Positions 24,466 through 37,315 of a stretch of DNA of 64,000 nucleotides are shown here, piece by piece. Source of the stretch: Convolutriloba macropyga (taxonomy: Eukaryota). The notes under the pieces were generated by a model. That model did no database searches. It was given only the letters and a program-made list of their open reading frames with translations, and was not told the DNA's origin. The translations under genes and the position numbers were made by a program. Each line of letters begins with the position of its first letter. The first letter of the stretch is position 1. The stretch spans positions 65,100,001 through 65,164,000 of the forward strand of contig NC_134476.1 in the NCBI RefSeq assembly GCF_964194025.1, in the 5' to 3' direction.

Positions 24466-26384
24466 GTTAGTTAGACATTCGCTCATTTTTTTTTGGGGGG
24501 GGGGGGGGCTGCAGAGCCCTGGTTGAGGTTCCCGACCACAGTGACCTCAGATCAGACTGTCCTAAAGCATTCTCAGACTTTTGCCAGAAATTGTCATCAA
24601 AACTGCCTCTGATCAGACTCGACCTCGACCATTGTCCAGAAGTAAGTCTTTGACCAGACGGGCTGTCACTTGAAATTTTTTTGACTAGATTCGGGTCACA
24701 GATCCAGATAACGACCCTGGTACTTTGACCGCATATAGTCTCATCACAGGTCATTTTGCTCTGGGAAAACAACCTGGGAAACGTGGTTTGATTACAGAAT
24801 TAAAAGAACTACAATAAATTTTAGCGCCCGGGTTCAACTACATAAAAGAATCTTTGTAACCATACAAACTTATATAAGGTTTTATGGTTTCTTGGTATGC
24901 ATACCAAGAACATAAAAAATAGTGAAGATAAAAACACTCGAATTGTTACGTTATAGATAACAGAATATGAAAACTTAATTCCCGTCTGGTAGCTATATGT
25001 GATGGATGGAATATATGGTTTATTCACTCTTAGTCATATAAGGACGAACAAAGTTTTTTTAATAGCCGCGAAGCGATAGTGGCTATTATTGGGGACATCG
25101 TGGTTTTTTACATTTCAAAGAATTTGAATTGTATTGCTGCGCTGTCTTTTTTTAAAGATCTGTTCACGCGTTTTTCGACTTTTTCACGTCAGTTAGAAGT
25201 CAAATTAGAGTGGTGATTTTGGTCACACTGAAAGAGTAAAGGGTGCAAAAAATTAATTAGGATTGAGGGGTGACTTTTGTCAAAATAGCTTTAAAATGGA
25301 GTGAGAAATTGGTGTTTGAACAATTTGGTGGTTTTTGAGGTGGATTTTTTTCAGATGCGTCAATTTGACTTATGTTTTCAGAGTTTCCTCTCTTTCAGTG
25401 CTTTTAGGACGGTACATGTGCGTTCTATTTTTGCCTATTTGCTTTTGCTTGGATTCATTAAGGGATCAGCTTAAACTTTTTATGACTTTGCCACAATTTG
25501 CTGTCATAAAACTTTAGTGATATTTAGATTTTGCCCTGTTTTAATATCTGTTGTCTTATCACATAGTACCATTAATGACAGGTCTGATTGGTTGCTAATG
25601 AGGCATAAAAGAACCTAATTAACGGCTCGAGTTATTAGATAGAGGTTTTGATAACTTTGACAGTTTAATCATTTGATCTCATTGGCAACATTCTGTGATG
25701 TTGCTAATATGGGTTAAGTTTATTGATTGAACCATTTTTATTCTGCTTTCAAGCTACTGCTTTCAATGACTTTGACACAAATTGTTTTCAATAAAAATTA
25801 GAGAACTTTGTTAGATTTGCGAGTTTCTCTTTTCCACTTTGTCGTGGTAACTCATTCTCATTATCGACAGGTCTCATTGGTTGATAATGAGGCATAAAAG
25901 AACCTGATTAAAGGCTCGAGTTAATAGCTAGTGGTTTTCATGACGTTGACACTACTTTTTCTCAAAAATTTTGAGTGCTTTTTTTAGTTCTGCAAGTATT
26001 TATTGTAGTTTTTGAAGTATTATCATTTAATTTCATTGAGGACAGACTAAGAGGGATTAAGTTTATCAATTTAATCATTTTTGCTCAAAGCTAGTGCTCT
26101 CTATGACTTTGAGACTAATTCTTTTCAATAATATTTATCAATTTTTTTGAGTTTTTCTTTTCAACATTTTTGTCTTAACTCTTAATCTCAATACTTATAG
26201 GTCTCGTTGATTGCTAAAAAAGCTTCAATTAATGCAAAGCATTTCACTTCATAGCTATTGCTTTTTGTAAATTATACGCTTGTTCGTTTTGTTAAAAAAA
26301 TCTTTTTGATTTTTTAGTTTTGCTAGTATTTGTTGTACTTGTTGATATCTTATCACTTAATGTTATTGATGACAGGTCTCAACG

Positions 26385-29300
26385 GTGTTGATTGAAGACT
26401 CAAATAATTGATGTAATTGCATTTTTCTGTAGCTGTTGCGTTCTATGACTTTTATATTAAGTCATTTCGTAAATTTTCAGCGAGTTTTATCGCGATTTTT
26501 GGTTATTTTTGTTTTAACTTTTCTCTTCTACATTTAATGACAGGTTGCTAATGAGATAGAGGAAAGTAGTTGGCGAATTGAATACAGAGCAGTTGTTTTT
26601 TGTTGTTGATCCTGTCTGTCCATAAAAGCCGAATTTTTACTCCTCCTTGTTTTTGTTGTTCTGTTGTTGTTCTTTTGCTGTCTTTTTTGCTTATTGCTTC
26701 AGTTTGTTGTCTCATTGCAAACAGCTCTCAATTGCCTTCGAAAGCGGAAAAACTGATTCTTAGGTCATTAAGTAATTCAATTCTTTGGATTTTTTTTCAG
26801 GACTTGTCCTGCTAAATTTTTAACTCGTCGTCTCCATCCACGGTTAAAATTTGTATGCGTGACGTCATTTCTGCTTTTAGCTCAATTGCGTGACATACCT
26901 CACTAAAAAAACAACTTCGGAACTCACTTATGGAATTTTATGAACACTTACTAGTTAAAGATGAATAGGGTGTATCTAAGTAGTGCCAAACATATATGCC
27001 CTTATTGAGCATTAGTCTCGAGTTTTTGATTTCGAACATCAATTTTCGAAACGCTCTTTTAGTGTTTCTTTCATATAGACCGTTTGTGTCATAACATTGA
27101 GAGTCCGAATCTAACCCAAAAAGTCTAGTAGTCTATTAAAGGACTGGTGATTGATTTGTTTATCTTAATTCTTTTGTTGTTTCATTTCAAGGAAGGCCAC
27201 AAGCGCCTACAGCTGTTATTTTCTGGCAAACTGCCGGCTATTTTTTTTGAAATTCTCTCGCTCATGCGGTAGAGCATCCTAAACAAAAACTTTAGGTGAT
27301 GTAAAATGTTTAAACAGTAATTTATCTCAAATGGACCAAGCAGGAAATTTAGATGGACCTATAGGTTTGTTTCGTCTAACTGCCTTGAATGAATCAATGG
27401 ACCGTTTTTTGGTTCCGTACCGGAATTTAACGGATTGGGCTGGATATTTAATGGTTTCTGCATATTTCTAGTTCATGTTTCCTAGTACAAGAATGTTCCT
27501 ATTTCCTAAGCACAGAGAAACGGTAGGTTAAGAGGTTTATATTTTTAGACTGAGCGATATGAGCTTTTAAACAAAATATTTTCGATTAATCATACCAATT
27601 ATCAATACAAAATTTGCACAGCAAAAATACCTGTTAACAGAAATATAGGAGCAATCAGATCCTATTTCTCCCTATGAGAACAAACAGCCACATTTTCAGG
27701 ATTATGATACTAATAAAATAGATTATGTGATTAATAAAATTAATATTTGAAGGCTTGTGGATATTTAACACGAAGGTTATAGTCAGAATAATTTAGATGT
27801 TCACTAAGAAAACAATTTTTCCTCCATTGTTTATTTTGTGCTTCAATTGAATTTTTACGAAATCTGTTAAGAAGACACTAACACTAGAGATTAAAAAAAT
27901 TGTCTTTAGTTTCAAAAAGCTTTGCTAAATTTTCCTGGTTAAGAACTTATCTAGGCCATGAAATCTCTTCATTTATTTGCAATCCACGTGTCACGCAAAG
28001 CGAAATCATTTTTGTCTTTTCTGATAAAAACTCTTTTTAACTAGAGCGTCATTTACAGTTGGTTTTATTCCATTGGAGTGGGAAGTCTGGTTTAGAAATT
28101 CTCTCATTCATGCGGTAGATCAATATAAAGGAAAATTTTAGGTGAGGTATAATCACTCAAAATTTTGAGTGATTATACCTTGAAGACTCAAATAATTGTT
28201 GATTGAAGACTCAAATAATTGTTGATTTAAGACTCAATTAATTGATGTAATTGCATTTTTCTGTAGCTGTTGCGTTCTATGACTTTTATATTAAGTCATT
28301 TCAAAAAGTTTCAGCGAGTTTTATCGCGATTTTTGGTTATTTTTGTTTTAACTTTTCTCTTCTACATTTAATGACAGGTTGCTAATGAAATAGAGGAAAG
28401 TAGTTGGCGAATTGAATACAGAGCAGTTGTTTTTTGTTGTTGATCCTGTCTGTCCATAAAAGCCGAATTTTTACTCCTCCTTGTTTTTGTTGTTCTGTTG
28501 TTGTTCTTTTGCTGTCTTTTTTGCTTATTGCTTTAGTTTGTTGTCTCATTGCAAACAGCTCTCAATTGCCTTCGAAAGCGGAAAAACTGATTCTTAGGTC
28601 ATTAAGTAATTCAATTCTTTGGATTTTATTTGAGGACTTGTCCTGCTAAATTTTTAATTCGTCGTCTCCATCCACGGTTAAAATTTGTATGCGTGACGTC
28701 ATTTCTGCTTTTAGGTCAATTGCGTGACATACCTCACTAAAAAACAACTTCGGAACTCACTTATGGAATTTTATGAACACTTACTAGTTAAAGATGAATA
28801 GGGTGTATCTAAGTAGTGCCAAACATATATGCCCTTATTGAGCATTAGTCTCGAGTTTTTGATTTCGAACATCAATTTTGGAAACGCTCTTTTAGTGTTT
28901 CTTTCATATAGACCGTATGTGTCATAACATTGAGAGTCCGAATCTAACCCAAAAAGTCTAGTAGTCTATTAAAGGACTGGTGGTCGATTTGTTATCTTAA
29001 TTCTTTTGTTGTTTCATTTCAAGGAAGGCCACAAGCGCCTACAGCTGTTATTTTCTGACAAACTGCAGGCTATTTTTTTGAAATTCTCTCGCTCATGCGG
29101 TAGAGCATTCTAAACAAAAACTTTAGGTGATGTATAATGACTAAGCAGTAATTTATCTCAAGTGGACCAAGCAGGAAATTTAGATGGACCTATAGGTTTG
29201 TTTCGTCTAACTGCCTTGAATGAATCAATGGACCGTTTTTGGTTCCGTACCGGAATTTAACGGATTGGGCTGGATATTTAATGGTTTCTGCATATTCCTA

Positions 29301-29995
29301 GTTCATGTTTCCTAGTACAAGAATGTTCCTATTTCCTAAGCACAGAGAAACGGTAGGTTAAGAGGTTTATATTTTTAGACTGAGCGATATGAGCTTTTAA
29401 ACAAAATATTTTCGATTAATCATACCAATTATCAATACAAAATTTGCACAGCAAAAATACCTGTTAACAGAAATATAGGAGCAATCAGATCCTATTTCTC
29501 CCTATGAGAACAAACAGCCACATTTTCAGGATTATGATAATAATAAAATAGATTCTGTGATTAATAAAATTAATATTTGAAGGCTTGTGGATATTTAACA
29601 CGAAGGTTATAGTCAGAATAATTTAGATGTTCACTAAGAAAACAATTTTTCCTCCATTGTTTATTTTGTGCTTCAATTGAGTTTTTTACGAAATCTGTTA
29701 AGAAAACACTAACACTAGAGATTAAAAAAATTGTCTTTAGTTTCAAAAAGCTTTGCTAAATTTTCCTGGTTAAGAACTTATCTAGGCCATGAAATCACTT
29801 CATTTATTTGCGATCCACGTGTCACGCAAAGCGAAATCATTTTTGTCTTTTCTGATAAAAACTCTTTTCAACTAGAGCGTCATTTACAGTTGGTTTTATT
29901 CCATTGGAGTGGGAAGTCTGGTTTAGAAATTCTCTCATTCATGCGGTAGATCAATATAAAGGAAAATTTTAGGTGAGGTATAATCACTCAACAGT
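26385..29995. repeat. Near-identical tandem duplication, period 1834 bp; a further diverged ~0.8 kb sub-copy extends to ~30745
   Basis: 26600 and 28434 segments are near-identical and colinear over ~1.8 kb with scattered substitutions. Confidence 0.92.
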
Positions 29996-30797
29996 ATTTC
30001 ATCTTAAATGGACAAAGCAGGAATTTTAGATGGACCAATAGGTTTGTTTCTTCTAAGTGCCTTGATTAGATCAATGGACCGTTCTTCAGTTCCGTACCGG
30101 AAATAAAAGGATTCAGCTGGATTTTTATTGGTTTCTGCATGTCAGTACAAGAAGGTTTCTAGTTCCTACGCACAGAGAAACGATAGACTAGGAGGTTTGC
30201 TTTTTTAGGTTGAGTGATATGATCGTCAATTAAAACATTTTTGGTTCAATATCAAACCAATATATCAATAAAAAGTTTACACGAAGAAAATACCAGTTAA
30301 CAGAAAAATATGAGCGTTCAAATACTGTTTTTACCTATCAAAAAGAACAGCCACAATGTCAGGATTACGATGATATTAAGATAAATTTTGTGATTATTTT
30401 AATTATTATTTGAAGGCATGTGAATATTTAACACGAGTGTTATAGTCAGAATAAAAAATATGTTCACTTAAATAAAATTTTCCTCTAATTTCCATCTGCT
30501 ACAATTGAATTTTTACGAAACCTGTTAAGAACACACTATCATTAGCGATACAAATTTTCTGTTTAGCTTCAAAATTCTTTGCAAAATTTTCATGGTCAAG
30601 AAACTCATCGCGGCCATGAGCTCTCTTTTATTTATTTGCAATCCACTTGTCACGCAAAGTGAAATCTTTTTTGTCCTTTCTAATGAAGACACTTTCTAAA
30701 TAGAGCGTCATTTACAGCTGGTTTTATTCCATTGGAGTGGGTGGTTTGGCATTTCTCTCCATTAAATCATGAACTGCTAAACTGTTAAAATAATCTT

Positions 30798-31267
30798 GGA
30801 TCTTTTCCGTTTGTGCCCCCCTCTCCCAGCTTAGTGGCTGCATCCCGGATGATAGTAACATAGTAAATCAGCGCTGAATCATAGCATTTCTCAGTCTGTG
30901 TTTTTACTATGAACTTTTATGATCATGTCACTTTTTACTATGATAAGTGTAAATTCAGACAAAAAAAAGTCTGTTCAGTGTAAAAACAGCATTGAATTCT
31001 TAAACTTAGCTTAAACTGTTCAGAATTGTTTTTCAGCCTTGTTTCTCTGATCAGAGCTCATAAAATAGTATTATAAATCGTTATAGAAAAAAATACCTCA
31101 ACTTAACTCTACTTAGAGTCTGTATTTGCAACCCCTGTCTGGGGGGTGCAAATAATATATATTATTTGCACCCCCCCCCCCCAGACGCACGTGCCATATT
31201 TTTACAAAATGAATTACTATGTAATGGCGTATACTCTGTAACTGGGGGGCACAAACGGAAAAGATCC
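30798..31267. mobile_element. GG...CC MITE carrying a nested ~280-bp insertion
   Basis: Perfect TIRs; TSD ataatctt/ataatttt; family core interrupted at ~30845-31125. Confidence 0.85.
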
Positions 31268-31313
31268 ATAATTTTTTCCTCATATTCTGTTATTTGAGCC
31301 GGTTTGATTCCAG

Positions 31314-31538
31314 CCGGTGGCAGGCTTGGCTCTAACAGTACAAATCCCCCCGCCTCATTCCGGAAACCAGACTGCTGTTGGTGGGGGTGGGGGTGGTCCG
31401 GCTGCCCTCTTCACGATATCCCCCAACTCGTCTTCCAGTGGCAGGAGCCACTCTCTTCCCAGAAACTCATTCCAATCTCTGGCCTCTTCCGCAGCCACAA
31501 CGAACACAAACCTGGCCAATCAGCCAGATAGCCAACAG
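31314..31538 (+). CDS. GRIN3-like: iGluR exon: low-complexity cytoplasmic tail
   Basis: ttccag acceptor, 225 nt open GC-rich frame PVAGLALTVQIPPP...QPDSQQ, donor cag|gtaaaa. Confidence 0.8.
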
Positions 31539-31640
31539 GTAAAAATTCAGAAAAAAAATCTCCCAACGGGTCCCGAACGAAGTCTATAGCAACTATTGTA
31601 GTAATGTTCGTCTGTTTGACCGTTTCGTTCTTAAATAGTC

Positions 31641-31820
31641 GGGTCTTTCCCATTATAGCCCCTCCCCACGAAATTATAGCCCCCAGCCGCCACCCCACGA
31701 AATTATAGCTCCCCCCCCCCCCCACTTATGGTATATTGGTATATTTACCATGATTGGTGGGGGGGGGGGCTTTAGGTTATGTGACCACTAAGCTGGGGGG
31801 GGCTATAATGGGAAAGACCC
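31641..31820. mobile_element. GG...CC MITE, gggtctttcccattatagccc subtype
   Basis: Perfect TIR gggtctttcccattatagcccc / ggggctataatgggaaagaccc. Confidence 0.85.
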
Positions 31821-32055
31821 GAATATTTTTTCACTTAATTGAGCTATCGAGTGAATTTTCGAGTGATTTTCACGCTTGACTTCATCATTTTTGATCTCAT
31901 TGGTTCTCTCGTTCACACTTTTAATCAGCTGAACTGAAACTGCGGCAGTTAACTACTAAAAGTCAAATGAAATTTGAGCAAAAAGCGTTTTCACTATTTC
32001 CACTAAAAACCTTTATAGTTGTAAAGTATTTAAAAAAATAAATAAATAAAAATAG

Positions 32056-32225
32056 GGATCTTTTCCGTTTGTGCCCCCCCCCCCAGCTTGGTGGTTGCAT
32101 ATTATTTGCACCCCCCAGACGCACGTGCCCTATTTTTACATAACGATTTACCAGGTAATGACACGTGCTCTGTAACTGGGGGTTACATAACGTACTGGGG
32201 GGGGGGGCACAAACGGAAAAGATTC
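32056..32225. mobile_element. GG...CC MITE (Merlin-like)
   Basis: TIRs; perfect TSD aaaaatag. Confidence 0.9.
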
Positions 32226-32265
32226 AAAAATAGATTGAAAATAATGCCAACTTTCTACGTTTTAG

Positions 32266-32585
32266 GATCTTGATCAGCCCGATGGCCCCCCTAACACAAA
32301 CCAACCCTTACTGCCTAACACGGGTGGTGGTAGTGAAATGAGCAACCTAACAGGTCCCCACCAGAGCTACCATCCCCTCCCCCTCCCCCACCCACATCAC
32401 CAACCACCCCCCTCGTCCTCTGTCCCACCAATGTACGCAGCTGCAAACACAGGGGTGAGAGACAGGCCGAGTGGTCGGAAGACTTCCTTCAGAGACAATC
32501 ATCAACAGAGCCAAACACAGCCACAGAATGCCACCCGATTTGGGCAACAGCCGGGCAGTGCCACCCAAACGCCACTGTGTTCAAG
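32266..32585 (+). CDS. GRIN3-like: iGluR exon: P/Q/H-rich cytoplasmic tail, ends at a GC donor
   Basis: ttttag acceptor; DLDQPDGPPNTNQPLLP...QTPLCS; donor AG|gcaagt, phase 2. Confidence 0.75.
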
Positions 32586-33659
32586 GCAAGTACCCCGGAA
32601 ATTCCAGAGTCGAGTGAAAATTATACTGACTCGTAACAAGTGATCATGATAGATTCTGCATCCTTAGAATTATAATATATGTTATGCTAAAAGCTGGTAA
32701 TTTTTGAAATGTCGGACACCGTTTATATCGAACGCTTTAAAAAATTTGAATAAAAAAATTCTTGTAATTTACCAAAATTTTGCAAATAACCTTTTCTTTA
32801 ATGCAACTTAGAATCTACCTGCAATCACTTAGCATTACCTGCATTTCTAGGTAAAATTACCTAAAAGTCATCTAGAATTTAAAGTTATACCTTACCAAAA
32901 TTTTACCTGCAAAAAAAGTTTCCAAGCTAGTTCTACCCGAAATTTCCACAGAATCTTTGCAGGTAGAACTAGCTAGAATTTTTTTTGAGATTATGGCTGA
33001 TGAAAATTTCGACAGTTTTGATATGCATTTCTTGATAGCTTTTGAGAAATGCCTTACAATTTTCATAACAGCATAAAATGGCTACGTGACATTCTTCTAT
33101 CTCAGATTCATGCAAGGTGGTTTGGAACAAAAACAAGCGAAAAAGGGCCCTGAATTTGCAACCACCGCTAAATAAAGTTCTCAACAGCAAGTGCAAATAA
33201 AGAAGAAAGATTGTTCTTAAGATTCACAATTTTGTACAAGACTACAAGACTTTCCTAAAACTTAATTTTGGGATTATAAAGTAAGACAGAAAATGCAATT
33301 TTAAACTATTGCGAAAAAAATATAAATACCAACAGTGAGGATACAAAATTTCGATTGTTCAAACTTTGTGGTCAGACTTACTTTGAAACCCTATAACTAA
33401 TCAATGAGACAAATTGCCCGCACTTTAATCAGAGTTTTTATTTTTGCGTCCGTCTATGTAAAAATCTACAACACAATATAAATCTTTTTTTCTGAGTTTG
33501 CAGGTGATTTCTAGGAAAATTATTCTAGGTCAAATACGCATATTTTGTTGTTGCAGGTATAAATTTTGATTATTTTTCACCCAAATTTTGCTAAGCTTTG
33601 CATTTGTATTTATTTTTGTGAGACAATTTGGGATAAAAACAAAGATTGCTTGAAAGATT

Positions 33660-36030
33660 CTTGCAAGATAATAAATTTTTGGACCACTAAGATACGAACC
33701 CAATGAGATGACTCGTCCCAATTTGTATTCACTTAGTTTCACCAAACATGTTCTCCTGCTTTCGGGGTTCACACACGTTCTTTGGACCATTTCAATCTAT
33801 GATTCCATTGCGGAAGGTATTTGCGAGCCCATCTTTTCTCGGGTCATGGTAGCGTTCACTGAATAGGAGGAATGGTGCAGGCGCTTTTTCTCGTACTAAC
33901 AGGAAATGATTGGGCGTGGGTGTTGTCAGATCCTCTGGGTCGCCATTTACTGCTTTAAGGGGTTTTGCGTTGAGAGTTTGCTCTGCGAGACAAAGTGTTG
34001 TGCTGAGCACCTCATTCGATGTACATCGGTTGTACATCGGTTGTCCAAGATTGCAATCGTGACTTTGTTGCATCTTCGGACCAGTATATCCCAAGCTACC
34101 AAAGTGTAGCGCCCGGGTGGGTTGATTTTGCAAACAATTTTTTCCTGATCTAAGTCACTTTCGACCTTAGTTTTGTAACATTCGTCCATGAATGCCTTCA
34201 ACTCGCTAGCTGCTCCAAAAAGTTTTTCGCCATTGTTGCTGTTGATGGCACTGAGCTAGCAAAGTCATTCGATGAATCTTGTCACTGCAGCTAAACGTGA
34301 TTCTTCTTTCAATGTCAATGCCACTTTGATATAAACTGCTCTTTGATGTTTCATGCGCGATGTTTTGGTCGGCCGTTTTCTGAACCGACTCATTAAAAAG
34401 TACCCTGTTTCCACCACCAGCAGTTGACTTGGAATCATCGGTGTTACGAACTCTTGGTATGAATTTTTCATCGCAAAGAATTAATTCCTCCAATTTTGCA
34501 CTTTTTGCTTTCAGTAGAAGTCGGTTTTCTTTGGGGTTGACAGTGTTTCCGGCGCTTTATGTTGGAATCACTGTGTTCATGAGGTTGAATATTTGTGCAG
34601 CCAATGAAGTCCTCTTCTGCGGTTATGAGCACATTTCTGAAGGAAAGTTTCTGTCAATTTGACACACTCGTCAATCTTTTTGTACGTTTTGCTTACAGGA
34701 GTTGTTATGATTTCCCTCTCAAAGTTTCTTAACTCTTTTTGTAGCACAAGTTTACTTCAAACTTTTTGTCTCTGGCCGTCTTGTTTGTTGATGAACACAG
34801 TGCAGTTGAAGTGGTTCGTCAACCTGGTTGGTCTCGTGCATGAGATTGGATTTTTAGACCATTTCAGAGATGAGTTAAAGGACACCCAATCCTCTCAGAA
34901 TCAATCCGGTTCGGAATGCTTTCCATGTGTTCAGCGAGTTCCTTCGTTGCCTATTTTGTGAAATTAAGGTTTCCCCTGAAGTTCTTTTATGGTCAATAGT
35001 ATTTTGATCCGTTTTGCAAGCTGACGCTGGCTCTGCTACCGCTAAGGGTTAACTGCTGTCACTTTTTGTGCTGCATTGTTTGCTTGCTTCGGTAAATTTT
35101 GTCTTTAGTGAAGCAACTTGAAGACGTTGTACTTCTACTACCCCATATCTGACAATTGGAGCACTGGAATTGGACTATTTTATAGCTTCAGTTTTCTGTA
35201 CTTGTTATTTGTTGCCTCCTTAGTCCGCACAGTGTATTCTTCATGGACAGGTCTTTAATTTGTTGAATTACTTTGCACAGATTTCTGACAGCTTATTTCC
35301 AGGTGTTATGAGGTTTACCGTTGAGAATTGAACATTTCAAACTCCTCCACACTCTGACCAATGGTATCGGAAAGTTCCAGAGTACTTTTCTCTGAGTTTT
35401 GAATGTTTGTAAGATTCTTTGCTCGTTTCTACCCTTTTGAGAAATTCTTGTTGAAAGAAAATTCGATACCTCTTCCTCTAGTTGAAAAGTCAACTAGACC
35501 ATTTGGCAGTTGTTGGATTTTAATGCTGACTTATTTGAAGTGTTAATCGTTTCGATCAATGTCTTCTCTGATTTATATTTCGATCCTGTGATGACCATAG
35601 TAATTTCTAAAATGTTTTGTCTCAAACTTCGGAGTGACGTTCACGTAACTCTTTATGTTTCATGGTGAGACTTGCCATGTTCAGTCCAGACGATTTTGCT
35701 GGGTTAATAGCATAAACATCTTTTTGTTAACAGTCATTGATTTTGTTGCTTTTCTGTTACCCATGTCAATCAATGCGCTTAAACGAAACGTTCAATACTT
35801 GTCTACTCTTATTCGATAACTCATTGCTTGATCCAAACGAATCGCCGTGTTCTGTCGTCCGGGTGTCCGGATTCCTTCGCCAAAATGAATAGAAGATTTC
35901 TGGTTATTATTGTTTTCGGGGTCCGTGTTGATGTTTGGGTCGTATTGCTGGTGTCCGGGTTGTATTGCTTGTTGTCTGGATCGGTGGAGCAAATGTTGCG
36001 GCTGCTCAAGAATCTCAGCGGAACCTAATC
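33660..36030 (-). mobile_element. Decayed, internally deleted Bel/Pao LTR retrotransposon remnant in last iGluR intron (boundaries approximate)
   Basis: EVLSTTLCLAEQTLNAKPLKAVNGDPEDLTTPTPNHFLL matches the Bel/Pao integrase C-terminal motif (E..LN.RPL....DP.D...LTPNHFL); downstream KLGRVI; fragmented gag-like ORFs upstream; LTR pair not identified. Confidence 0.8.
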
Positions 36031-37038
36031 TTCAAGGCCTGGTTCAAGAATTTTAAGCCGCGGCACTTATTTCGAATGACTAAATTATGATAGTTTTTTT
36101 CCTAACTTCTTGTAAGAAAGCTCAACTAACATTGAAACTTTGCAGATCTTTGCTATCTAGAAACACTTTACACAAAAACCTAAAGTTGATGAAGAATCAG
36201 TTTATAGTCTAAAAGAGAGCCAACTGCTCTTTTTAACAGTTTCCAACGGTTCTAAGCACAATTTGGTTGCACTACCCAAAAGAATCGGTTAAAGTAAATA
36301 ATCAGTCAATTATCGGTTTTAACTTCATCGTTACTCGTTTCTTATTGGTTAATCGAGTTAGTGACCTAAGAAAGTAATTGCGTAGTAAAAGTCAAATTGT
36401 TGCCCTATTAGCTTTTGCTGACATAAGCAAGACTGATACATATGTATTACTGAATGCTTCAAATGTATGACATTTGACCATGAATAAACACCTAAAGGAT
36501 CATAGAATTAACACTTCATAAAATTTATCAATAAATGACAAAATATCGAAAAATGCACTTTTTGCAACATGTATGTGCTAATAGCCACACTTGTAGGTAT
36601 GATGCAATACTTTTCGTTGGGTCCATGTACAGCTTAGGGGTTACCCTAATTGCATGCCTAAACCTTGGTTCACTCAGGGTTTCTTATCTCAAAATGGGGG
36701 TGGGGTGTTCAGAATTTTAGTTCCAAATTGTAAAATCTTTCAGTTTTGGGAATTTTTGAGTTTTGACGGAATTTCAATTTTTAGAGCTTTGAATCCGTTT
36801 CTCTTGGTCTGATGGCTCAAACTTCTGTTCATTATTGGCGCCAACAATCTTTGTTATGAGTTTTCGTTCTTAAACTTGTTTTAAATTAACTTGAGCACAT
36901 TTTGAGTTATTGCCAACTTAATTTCAAAATCTGACTCTGGCGATAACTCTATATAGTATATCGAAAGATTGCATGAAACCCAAAGTTAAGAGTAAAGTAA
37001 CCCCAATTCATAATTTGAAATCTGTCTTCCATTTTCAG

Positions 37039-37315
37039 CCCAGTTCCAGACTCCGCCAATATTCCACAAACAAACAACATCAACAACTTTTCCAACACTG
37101 AACTATGCCCTCATAACAAACGCGTACCTACCAATCCAAACAACATGTTGCTAAACCAGCCAAACCAGAGGAGTCACACACCTGCGAACCTCCCGGATGT
37201 AAGTCATCTATCACAGCCAACCAGAAGAGAGAATGTTCGCAATTCTATTCATGGAAATTCTAATTCAGAAGATGCTGCAAATAATATTGAGCAACCCTAC
37301 ACTACAAGATTATGA
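37039..37315 (+). CDS. GRIN3-like: iGluR terminal coding exon ending ...EQPYTTRL*
   Basis: ttttcag acceptor; phase-2 frame open for 91 codons to TGA at 37313-37315; ends in class I PDZ-type motif T-x-L. Confidence 0.75.

Larger units (their letters stand above)
4509..37315 (+). other. GRIN3-like: Gene span (5'-partial): NMDA-type ionotropic glutamate receptor subunit, GluN3-like; 9 coding exons in window, ATD/S1/M1 exons lie upstream of window
   Basis: Exons splice with consistent phases into one frame containing M2, M3 (AYTANLASF), S2 (IKYG..DSSA, LDAYFGD, CKLLTVG..YGIA, LREKWF), M4 (LGLDNVAGLF) and the GluN3-like post-M4 segment EHVCYRYILPRL...SQKLH. Confidence 0.9.

Noticed and set aside
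26600-28649. Duplicated 71-aa hydrophobic ORFs (likewise 60849/62530)
   Set aside because: T-rich repeat sequence inside tandem duplications; identity reflects recent copying, not coding constraint
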